Shown: positions 50,463 to 60,916 of the stretch, in pieces | How positions within the stretch are numbered: the stretch's first letter is position 1 | How the letters are laid out: each line of letters opens with the position of its first letter | NCBI GenBank assembly: GCA_964187785.1 | Contig: OZ076418.1 | Coordinates: 16,554,001 to 16,618,000 of the forward strand | Reading direction: 5' to 3' | DNA from: Amphiscolops sp. MND2022 | Lineage: Eukaryota | Length of the DNA stretch: 64,000 bases | Made by a program: the position numbers and the translations under genes | The notes under the pieces: generated by a model | Seen by the model: the letters and a program-made list of their open reading frames with translations, nothing else | What the model was told of the DNA's origin: nothing | Database searches by the model: none

Positions 50463-51176
50463 TGTAGCATACAGAGCTAAGCAAACAGGAAATGACTTTT
50501 ATATATGAATACTGCTTAATACAAATACAGTGTACACGTATACACTCTGTTGCTATATACACATCTATATATTAAAAAAAAATTAACTGCGTTGCTTAAT
50601 ATACATTGTAACAATAGGTGTGCACATTTTACTTTTTAAACAAATTTTACAAACAATTATCCAGGCAGTTCCAAGCAGTGTGCAATTTAAAAAACCTCGT
50701 GGTCGTTTCTAAAATTTCAGCTGCCTTGCAGTAATAAATATTTTGTTGAGTCTGATTCAACTTCCCCTTTTTTCAGCTGCCCCTTATTTAAAGCTGCTCT
50801 TATTATTTTATGCGCCCAATTCAGCTGCTCTTTTATTTAACATTCATCAAAAGCCCCACTCTTACCCAGTGCAGGATTAATTATTTATACGTTTCTTGCA
50901 CCTGCAGAAGTATCTTCAGAAGCAGAAAATTATCGAAGCCATAACTTCATCCATCAAGCCAAATGTAAGTTGTGTTTGTTATTTAACATTTTTGATTAGT
51001 AAAAATCGTTTTTTTAAAATTGAGTTTTCATATTCTTATAGACTTTTTTCTTGTCCTTTTTTTTAGAAATATCCACCAGTCACTTTTGAAAACAAAATAT
51101 ATCCATTTACCCTAACAATCGCCCCGCGCATCGAAAGTTGAAACGAATAGAAATCTAGTAAAAAGCGATTGTTAAA
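50463..51176 (+). repeat. 5' LTR of element D
   Basis: TGTAGC...GATTGTTAAA; direct repeat of 62028-62740. Confidence 0.95.
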
Positions 51177-51177
51177 A

Positions 51178-51195
51178 TGGTGACAGGAGTGGGAT
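51178..51195 (+). promoter_or_regulatory. Primer-binding site, tRNA-Leu-like
   Basis: TGGTGACAGGAGTGGGAT versus the tRNA-Leu(CAG/CAA)-type PBS TGGTGTCAGGAGTGGGAT (17/18, from recall). Confidence 0.75.
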
Positions 51196-52304
51196 ATTTG
51201 TAAAAAGAGAAGTTTTTTTTTACAAAAAAAATTAAAGTAACTTAGAACCCCCATCAAAACATTCTTAGTCCTAGACCCGATCCAAAAATTTTTTTTTGAA
51301 ATGTGCCATTTCCTGGTTCGCCAGTGTTGCCCATAAGATTCCCAATCCGGACATGGTCCGTGCCTAGTTTTCCAGCTCAATGCTGTGTCTTTCCGCTTCG
51401 GCGTGTCTCAGGCTTTAAAATGGCACATTTGACCCAATGTCCTTAAGTTTTAAGAAGTTACACGGTAAGTGCTTGTCATAAAACAAACAGTAGCCAATTT
51501 TTTGTAACATTTCTATCAAAATAGTTCCGTTTTCTTTTTGATAACCTAAATTCTAATAACCGCCGCGAGTTTTTTTTTGTTGATATGCCTTGTGCTCACA
51601 ATACGCATTCTCACCTACCGTTGTACGTTTTTCCCCAACGACCGCTTCGACCATCAAGTCCTCCGCCCTCTTACAGCAAAACACGTGAAAGACCGATATT
51701 CACGCCCTGTTTTTTAAGTTTTCTACTCTTGATCCTCTGTTTTGCGCTTCTCTTGACCGTTTTAGCCCTTTGTGCGATGTCGTACGAAATCAACAAGATA
51801 AATATAACTTGTAAAGCACTTCAAACCCAAAGAGTGGACTATACGTCTCTGTAGGAGCGGCCTAATGTATGCTTTTAGCATACCTGTTTCCGTTTTGTCA
51901 AACACACCGCCTCAAAACTTCGTTATTCCTTGCTACTTCTGCCAAGTGAAACTTTTCAAAATTCCATTATCGCATCAACCAGAACGTCGTTTTACGGCAC
52001 ATGAACTGTCGATTCATTTGCGTCTTGAGGCTATCCACAATTGGCAACATCGAAACGTTTGTTCAACTTTCCCGTATGGTCGTGTTGATAACAATGCAAG
52101 TGTAAAAGCTTCCTGGGCGTCCTTTTTCCCTCAATTAGCCAATATTTGGGCTTCTCATATTCAATTTCTAGCAATACACGTAACGAATCCATTCTATTTG
52201 GTCTATCCCGACTGCAAACCACCTAGTCTCAATTTTGGTCCGCTGCGAATGGATCGCATGTGAAACGTTCTAGACCTAACGTAGACTTTAAGCGTTCAAA
52301 TACA

Positions 52305-53191
52305 ATGAGCACTCAACCAAGCACCCCACAACGGCCACCTCGACAGCGGTAACCAATACTACTACAACCCCAGTTACTAGTGGTGGTGCAAGTAGCTCCC
52401 AAGCACTAGCACAAGCACCTACCGTGGGTTCTACAACTCCTAACACTAGTACAACCCCAACAGCTTCCTTTTTCACTCTGCCTGGCGGTAGACAAAACCC
52501 AACAAGTGTTCCATACATAGCCCCGCTTCCGTCATGTCTGATGCCAGAGTCTTTCACAGGAAAAGGTGATTTCGAAGATTACCTGCAACAATTTAACACA
52601 GCAGCACTTCTCTCAGGCTGGTATTCGAACGCACACGATAACAGACCACATTATTTTGCGTTGCGATTGAGAGAAAATGCTTTGCCTGGAGATTGAGAAC
52701 GGAAACCCCCAAGCCGCTCAAACAGTTAACTGAGTTAGTACTTCTTCTGAAGCGGAGCCATCAGCGTCCAAAATTATGGCTGATTTTGTTCGATCATTAC
52801 AAACTGAACTTCAGTCGTCAACGTATCGGTCCAATAATGATTTCCATCAACGAGGAGACACAAAATCATCAAACAAAAATGATCACTCGAGATCGCAGAG
52901 TAATGATTCCAATCGGAGTGGCCAGTCAGTACGATTTCAGTCGTCACAAGGACGCGAACGACCAAATAACGCAGGCAGATCTGACAAAACACAAAAACAA
53001 CAGTATCGCCAAGATTCCCCCATCCCAAGAAACAAGGCAACAATAACAACACGCAAAACAATCGGAAGCCGTGCGAGCGTTGCACACGCAAAAATCATAC
53101 AACGAAGGAGTGCAAAGCTTGTTTCAATTGTTTGAGAGTCGGTCATTTCCAGAATGAATGCAAGGCTCCCAAAAGGAAACATTTAAACTAG
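52305..53191 (+). pseudogene. gag of element D (internally deleted, frameshifted)
   Basis: PESFTGKGDFEDYLQQF capsid start truncated at about 52685. CCHC knuckle CFNCLRVGHFQNEC near 53118. TAG at 53189. Confidence 0.8.
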
Positions 53192-56100
53192 AAATGTCTA
53201 CGCTACCGGGTCAGAGCGCAGACAAGACCACAAACCGAGGCCCACAAATTCAGACTCTTAACTCTGTGGTGGATCACAGAAGTGTATTTGTCCAATTATC
53301 TATTTTTAATACGGTGATTGAGGCTGTGTGTGATAGTGGAGCAAGTGTATCTTGCCTGAGTTCTGATGCATTTGGGAAATTGAAGAACGGGAAGAAATTA
53401 GAGCTAAAACCGTCAGACACGAAGCTAGTAGCAGCCAACAAACAACCTATAGTAACACGCGGCATTGTGCAACTACCTTTGCAAATCGGTCCGAGACATT
53501 ACGAACATGCGTTTCACGTTCTGGAGCAAGCAGAAGCTGACTGTCTACTCGGCTTAGACTTCCTTAGAACTCATAAATGTGACCCGTTGTTTTCCCAAGA
53601 TATACTGCGTCTTGATGAAAAGACGACAGTCCCCCTGTATCATCGTCAGCTCACTGACGCTACGACAACAGTGTTCCGAGTGGTGGTGTCGGAGACAGTT
53701 TCGGTACCGCCAAGACATACAATGATAGTGCCTGCGCACATCAAGGACTGGAAACGCCCAATGAATGAGGGTGTAGCAATTTTCGAGCCGCACGAACGGT
53801 TCGATGGCTGTAAAGATGCAGTGGCCCCAAGCATTTTGTTCAACATCGGTGAAGAAAACATCCCGGTAACGATAGAAAACTCCGGAGAAGAGCCACTAAT
53901 ATTGAATGAGAAGACGACTTTGGGTACTTCAGAAGTAGTTCCTGATTTACCCATACAAAATATAGTAACCGAAACAAAAAGCTTGAAGTCTAAAATAGAC
54001 GAAAAAGACGAATCGTACGATTTGAAAAACGTCGTGGATGGAGTTAGCCCGGAAATTCCATTCAAAGTAAAACAGAAATTTGCAGAACTTGTTTACGAGT
54101 TCGAAGATGTGTTTTCGCAAAACCAATGGGACATTGGTCGTTGCGAAGCCACAACACACAAAATAAACTTATACCCAGGATCAAAGCCGATTAAAATTCC
54201 CAATCGAAGAATGCCTCTCCACTATAAACAGGATCTCCAAGAGAAATTAGATGCTTTTCTGGACAAGGGATTGATAGCTCCTTGTCATAGCCCCTACAGT
54301 GCTCCAGCCATGCTAGTCCCGAAGAAAAACGGCAAACTCCGCCTGGTCATTGACTATAGGCAATTGAACAGTCAAACAATCAAGTCGTGCTGGCCAATCC
54401 CATCGATTGAAGAAAATTTCGATACTCTAGATGGAAGTTCTGTCTTCTCCACTATAGACATGAGTTAGGGATTCTACCAGTTGCCCCTAGACGAAACCAG
54501 TCAAGAGTATACTGCTTTCAGCACGCCGTTTGGTTCCTTCAAATGGCTTGTAATGCCGATGGGACTCACGAACAGTCCACCGACGTTCCAAAATTTAATG
54601 GAAATCGTTTTGGCGAAACTTATCTGGAAAACAACAGTCCCCTACCTTGACGATTGTATCATCATTGCCGCTTCACCGGAGGAACACTTAGAACGAGTAA
54701 GGGAAGTTCTAGGCAGATTTAGACAAGCCAACTTGAAAATAAACCCCCTAAAATGTGAATTTTTTCGCAACAAAGTCCACTTCTTGGGCCATGTCATCAG
54801 CAAAGAAGGCCTTCAAGTTGACCCCACAAAAATTGCAGTTGTTAAAGAGTTTCCGGTCCCAATTAACCAGACACAGGTGAAGTCATTCTTGGGCCTTTGT
54901 TCCTACTATAGACGTTACATCAAAAATTTCGCTGAAATTGCTCGTCCCTTGCATAAAGCGAGTGAAACCAACTCGCCTTTTAAGTGGACAACCGAGGCAG
55001 AGCAAGCGTTTGAAGATCTAAAAGCACGACTCCTCACAACACCAATTTTAGCCTTCCCAACAATGGAAGATCCTTTCATCCTCTACACGGATGCCAGCCA
55101 ACTAGCAATGGGAGCCGTTCTAGCCCAAATACAAAATGGCCAGGAACGTGCTATTTGCTATGCATCAAAGGCATTCTCCAAATCCCAATCAAAGTACTCA
55201 GTGACGAAACGAGAACTTCTGGCAATGGTCCACTTCACTCGGTACTTCCGACATTACCTACTCGGAAGAAAATTCAAAATTGTCACAGACCATAGTGCAC
55301 TTCGCTGGTTACACAATTTCAAGGAACCCGACGGTCTCATTGCACGGTGGATTGAAAAACTAGCAGCTTTCGATTACGAAGTGCAACATAGACCAGGCAA
55401 ATCTATCGGACATGCCGACAGTCTGTCCAGAATACCACTTGAATCCGTCCAATTAACGCAAGAATGCCGAACAGGAGTCCCAGGTGCAACAAAAATGAAG
55501 AATTGCAACAATGACGAGGAGTGGCCCAACGCACAATCTAACTACAGTGTTCATCTATTGCCTAGAGATACAGCATCAATACCACTCCAAGCTGTCATTG
55601 AACTCAACGAAAAAACTAATATTCACAGCAAAGACAAAACCGGCGATCTTCTCGAACATGAGCAACCACAAGAAAAGCCTCTACAAGAAGAACTAGTCAT
55701 TACAGAAACAGGGATTGTCAAGTATCGCGAGGTGAAGGGCGATTTGTTCAGTTCTTCTGAGTCCCTAGCTCACTGTATCTCAGCTGATTTTAAAATGAGT
55801 TCTGGAATAGCCTGATCATTCAAAAGGAAGTTCCCAGCACAGTATCCAGAGGACATATCGAAGCAAACTGTGCCACTTTGGGTACAACCGCTACCTGAAG
55901 ACGGCCGTTTCCTGTATCACTTGCTGACTAAAGAACGTTACTACCAAAAGCCAACCTATACTTCACTTCGAGCTTCCCTGGAACACATGCGTAGCCATGC
56001 TGAAACGAACAACGTCCTAAACAATTAGTATGCTTCAAATCGGCTGTGGAATTGATAACCTTGAATGGGATTTGGTTCGCAGACTTATCCGAGAAGTCTT

Positions 56101-58099
56101 TGACGGATCCAATGTTTGTATAACTATTTACTTGCCTCCATCGATTTCACTTGGTCGCAAAGACCCAGCCGTAGTAACCGCCAATGATACCGATCCAGTG
56201 CATACGGACATTGATGTCCGCAATGCTCAAGATGAGGACGAGGCCTTGCAGATCGTGAAAGAATGGGTTCGTAAGGGTCGTGTGCCGCGGAATAACGACC
56301 TACAAGGCACTCCCGAATTAGCATGGAAACTTTATAATCAGTTCTACAGTCTATATCTGGTCAATGACGTCCTTTGTCGAAGGTATGAACCAGTTGGAGG
56401 TGAACTCCCGCACCTACAGCAAATTGTTCCTTGTGCCTTGGTAGAAACTATCCTAACAAACTTGCACTCTTCCGCTACCAGTGGACATCTAGGCCTAGCC
56501 AAGGTAATGGAGAAAGTTCTACAGCGTTTTTGGTGGCCCGGTTTCAAAGAAGATATTAAGCTTTTCATAAAACGTTGTTCCGAATGTCAGCGACGTTCAA
56601 ATCCTCCGAAAACTCATCGTCACTCCCTCGTAAAGTGGAAGGCTAGTTACCCTTTTCACCACATTGGAATCGATTTCATGGGCCCACTGCCGGTGTCAAA
56701 TGGAAATAAAGTAATTTTGTTGATCGGGGATCATTTTACAAAATGGTATGAGGCAATACCTTGGCTGATCAGCAAGCAACAACAACAGCTACTGCTCTTA
56801 TCGAACATTGGATCTGTCGATTTGGTTGTCACTACAGTATACACAGTGACCAAGGATGTAACTTTGAATCCAAGTTGTTCCAGACTCTCATGGCAAGCCT
56901 CCATATTGACAAAACAAGAACAACTGCTTTTAGACCCCAATCTAATGCAGTGATTGAGCGAATGAATCGAACACTCCAGAACATGCTAGCAAAGTGTGTA
57001 AACGCTGAACAAAGCAACTGGTCCCAACAATTACCGTACGTGATGATGGCCTACCGGTCATCTGTACATGAATCAACCGGATATTCGCCTCAATTTCTTG
57101 TACATGGGCGAGAGATCTCCTTGCCAATCGATTTGATGTACCCTGTACCTGAAACCGAGGAACCGATGTCTACTACTGATTTTGTATACCATCGAAAATT
57201 GGCCTTCCAAAAAGCGTTTGAACTACTGCGAGCCAACATTAATAAAAACCAGAAACGTCGCAACGCCATTTACAACGAAAAGATCCATGGCCCTACCTAC
57301 GAACAGGGACAGAAAGTGTTGCTCCACACACCAGTGGTCCCAGTTGGTCAAACAACCAAGTTTCACAACCCATGGCGTGGTCCATATGTGATACTTGACT
57401 GTTTCAATGATGTCACATACAAGATAGGAGAATTGACTACGTCCAAAGAACTAGATTGTTCATTACGATAGATTGAAGCCTTACTACGAAAAACCAGCCA
57501 CGTCAAATGTTCCTACAAGAAATATAAACCTTCCACAACCCAATACACCAGTCCAATCCAACGTTCCTACACGGAATATCGATTTGACTTCAACAATACC
57601 CGAAACCTCGCATAAATGTTGTATGCATTTTCAACAGCCACCGCTGCAGCCTGTGAACCTCCACAGTCCTCCTCATCAGAATCAACAGATCACTCTCACA
57701 CCACAATCAAACCGCCACAATGCTCAGTTACCGACCCAAACTCCAACTCCCGCTTCCATCTCTGGTAACCAGCGCTCTCAAACTTTCCAATCTCCTGGCG
57801 TTCAGACAATGGCCACTCCCGAAACTCCTTCAGTCGACAGCCCTAGTTATCGTTAAGCTCCAACATTCCATTGACTTCTGTCCAACGAACACCGAAACAT
57901 CGTTGAAAACGCCGCTGTTCAATTTCAAGATATGACAAACATACCATACAATCTCCGCGCAAGTACACGCACACAGCGATTGGCGGAACCCCTGTGTAAT
58001 TCTTCAATACCTTCTGAGCTGACTGACTTCAACTCACCGCCACAGCACAGCAAACCGCATTCCACCAAACGTTTCACAAATTATACAAAAAAGAAATAA
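53182..58099 (+). pseudogene. pol of element D (PR, RT, RNase H, macrodomain, integrase, tail)
   Basis: CDSGA; LRLVIDYRQLN; FSTIDMS*GFYQ; YLDD; LYTDAS; HSS..SGHLG..WWPG..CSEC; IDFMGP; HSDQG; ERMNRTL; WRGPY. Stops at 54466 and 55813; frameshifts near 56020, 56762 and 57455. Confidence 0.93.
55717..56131 (+). pseudogene. TARG1/OARD1 (Poa1p-like) macrodomain embedded in Pol
   Basis: VKGDLF...SLAHCISADFKMSSGIA*SFKRKF...YHLLTKERYYQKPTYTSLRASLEHMRSHA...ISMLQIGCGIDNLEWDLVRRLIREVF...ITIY follows the TARG1 motif pattern over its full length. Confidence 0.92.
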
Positions 58100-58180
58100 C
58101 TTGAAATAGTCGCTTTTCCTTTCGTTCTCCTGTTCTTTTCCCATCACCAATGGCCTAACAAGGCTCCTCTGTTTTTCAGG

Positions 58181-60526
58181 ATTTCCTACTTTCCAAACTC
58201 TCAACAATTGTGGTTCCTCTTTCTGTTCGTCCGTTGGTCGGTCCTGATCTTTGCGGATGTGCAGTTCACAACACACCTCAACGATGACCTGGAAAAACAC
58301 GTATTCAAAAAAGGTGCAGCGTTTGTGTTCAAATACCAAGCTGTTACCTCGGAAAGTGAAAGCAAAGTCCGTGTGTTCTCTCCCTTCCCCAAGATGCCTC
58401 AAATCAACATTACCAATGCCATTAACATGATCAATGCCTTCCAGACAGCCCCTCGAAGCATCGGGGGCATGTACATCAATACTAATTGCAAGTTTACAGA
58501 AGTTAATGACACGTATGACCTCCTCCTGCAACAACTTATGACAAGAGTCAATTTCCTGCAAACAGAATTGGCGGCAGATCAACAAGAGGAAGACACTCTT
58601 CTGGAAGTTGTGAACTCTTTTATTCCGCCAGCTGTTAGACAATCTGATGACATCGTTCGACCACGTCGAGCAATTGCCGCTATTGCTGCAATCGCGGCGG
58701 GTGCCGGAATGGTCTTGGGCGAACCCATCAAAGACGCCGCTTGTAGCGCCCTTTCTATATTTAACCTCTGTCACACCAATGAAGATCTGAGTCGCGATGT
58801 GGAACGCATAATGAATACACAGCAAGAAATTGTTGATACACTGCAGCGTGTTCAAACTCGAAATGACAAGAATTTCTTCCTGCTCGGAAACGAGATTAAA
58901 CAGACCCAGGAAAGTGTCCAGAAGTTGAAAGAAAGTGTCGGTCTCCGCTTCCAACAAATGGAGTTTTACCTAGTTAATGCTACTCGCTACTTGGCTGCGA
59001 CTAGCCTTGATTGTGATAAAGTGATTATTCGCCATCTTAGCCTTCAGCAATTCTTGAGAAATTACGTCTATCAGCTAGGGACACTTTATACTCATCTCAA
59101 GTCCTACCGTGCAGCGTTTTACGCTTACCGCATTTCGCTCTACTCCACCATTTCCTCGTTAGCTAGTGGCTACATTACACCTCAGTTTCTTCTGCCTCAA
59201 CAAGTGGCGCAAATTGTCAAAGACTTAGCAGATGACGAAGTAAAGCGAGGCACCAAACTGTCCCCAGCTATTCGACCTGGTTTCGAGGCAATTTACTATG
59301 AGATACAATTAGTACTCGAAGTAACTTTGATACCACGTGGTATATCTGTCATACTCGGGATCCCCATGAACTCAAAATCGTCGACGTTTGACATTTACCA
59401 TGCTACGTCTCTGTATCAGCCCAACAATGACCAGAAAACTGCGTCGCTCTTCAATTTTGCGAACCCTTTTTTGGCAGTATCTACTGACAATAGTAGATTT
59501 GCAGAGCTCGGTGCTAATACGCTGCAGCAATGTTCGGGCAACAATCGTATCAAATTATGTAGAAAAGGCTTCTCAACAACAACCGATGAAACTCTTCTTT
59601 GCTTAGGATCCTTGTTCTATAACTACGATGTTCCCGCCTTACGCAATTGCGAAGTCCGCGCAGTACTTTTACCCGACGCTCCTCAGGCTTTTTATTTGGC
59701 GGATGGGATGTACCACGTCATATCACGGTCTCCCACCCTCAAATTCAAAAACGATAGCCAAATTGACGGCCTTTCTATCTCTACTATCACCTGTCAGGCG
59801 TGTGTCATACGCCCTAGCTGTTCGAGTACACTGTCTTTCAACCAGGGTGAACTGGTTCTTCATCCTGACATGGATTTTTGCGAGACCCGGCCGGAGCCTT
59901 TTCTTGCGTCGATTGAGTTGACACCGTCTTTGAATCAAGTCTTCGCGCATGTACCCGCCATTGGTAGCGCCGAATTTCAGGCATATTCTACTAGTGAAGC
60001 TCGTCAGTCGGTTCTTGGCAGTCTACGAATGGAACTAGCCGAACTACTTGACGTCCAACACATGTCGCCGGAAACTTTAGATCAACTGACAGAGCCAATC
60101 GCCAAATATTATTCTTCGATCTCGCCGGCCACATCCGCAGCTTTACAGTCTTATTTACACACACGTACTGCTTTTTTACTTTCGTCATTGTCAATCACAA
60201 TGTCTCTTTTAACGTTTTCTATAAGTTTTACTTTGTTTAGACGTCATTGGCAGCGTCTCTTTACAAATCCTCAACGCTTTTTCCGAGCTACTTCCGGTAG
60301 ATTTATTAATATAGTCGAATCTATGACCCCGGAGTATGATTTGACCGGTTCTTCATTTTTGTATTTGACGGACGCTGAATTCCGTGCACTGATTTTGCTG
60401 GCTCGTGAAACAATTCGTCAGGCTGAACCGAAACCATCCAATTACACTGCACCCAACGTCCCTACACTTCCACCACGTGTTTATCCTAATATTAGTGCGT
60501 CAACTTATGAGTCTACTTCGACGTGA
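58181..60526 (+). CDS. env: Envelope glycoprotein, class I (F-type) fusogen-like; probably expressed by splicing
   Basis: Hydrophobic N-terminal signal. Furin site RPRR (58658-58669) followed by the Ala/Gly/Ile fusion peptide AIAAIAAIAAGAGMVLG. Heptad region, Cys-rich domain, N-glycosylation sequons, TM near 60170-60238 and a cytoplasmic tail. No stops. Confidence 0.88.
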   Translation: MSYFPNSQQLWFLFLFVRWSVLIFADVQFTTHLNDDLEKHVFKKGAAFVFKYQAVTSESESKVRVFSPFPKMPQINITNAINMINAFQTAPRSIGGMYINTNCKFTEVNDTYDLLLQQLMTRVNFLQTELAADQQEEDTLLEVVNSFIPPAVRQSDDIVRPRRAIAAIAAIAAGAGMVLGEPIKDAACSALSIFNLCHTNEDLSRDVERIMNTQQEIVDTLQRVQTRNDKNFFLLGNEIKQTQESVQKLKESVGLRFQQMEFYLVNATRYLAATSLDCDKVIIRHLSLQQFLRNYVYQLGTLYTHLKSYRAAFYAYRISLYSTISSLASGYITPQFLLPQQVAQIVKDLADDEVKRGTKLSPAIRPGFEAIYYEIQLVLEVTLIPRGISVILGIPMNSKSSTFDIYHATSLYQPNNDQKTASLFNFANPFLAVSTDNSRFAELGANTLQQCSGNNRIKLCRKGFSTTTDETLLCLGSLFYNYDVPALRNCEVRAVLLPDAPQAFYLADGMYHVISRSPTLKFKNDSQIDGLSISTITCQACVIRPSCSSTLSFNQGELVLHPDMDFCETRPEPFLASIELTPSLNQVFAHVPAIGSAEFQAYSTSEARQSVLGSLRMELAELLDVQHMSPETLDQLTEPIAKYYSSISPATSAALQSYLHTRTAFLLSSLSITMSLLTFSISFTLFRRHWQRLFTNPQRFFRATSGRFINIVESMTPEYDLTGSSFLYLTDAEFRALILLARETIRQAEPKPSNYTAPNVPTLPPRVYPNISASTYESTST

Positions 60527-60599
60527 TTTAATTGCTTTGCACAATTCTGTCTCACTGTCAATTTCAGCTTCTTTATCAACTACTTAAGATGTCCCTTTT

Positions 60600-60790
60600 C
60601 CTAGTTGCTTCCTTAAGCAGCTAGTGCCTGTTTTACACATTTCCGTGTTACTTACTTTCCTCTAGGTTGCCTTTTCCTTCCTAGTTGCTTCACTACGCAG
60701 CTAGTGCCTGTTTTGATACACGTTTCCGTGTTGAATACTTTTCCGCTAGGTGCATTTTCTCCTAGTTGCTTCGCTACGCAACTAGTGCCT
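60600..60790 (+). repeat. Three about 80-bp repeats, each with a CTAGTTGC...GCA(G/A)CTAG hairpin
   Basis: Unit starts at 60600, 60680 and 60761. Confidence 0.85.
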
Positions 60791-60916
60791 AACAACACAC
60801 GTTTCGGTATCCGCAATTAAGTTTCAAACAATTAGTGCCTAGCAGATGCGTTTCCGCATCATATAGGATTTTCGTACACAGTGTAATCGGTGCAATCATT
60901 TTTTTGTTGTTTCAGG

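Noticed and set aside
57473-58099. Chromodomain at the end of D integrase
   Set aside because: The tail is Pro/Gln/Thr-rich low-complexity sequence ending in a YNLR motif, with no aromatic-cage pattern.
58034-58957. 307-aa antisense ORF over env
   Set aside because: No recognisable motif. It is best explained as a shadow ORF of the coding strand.
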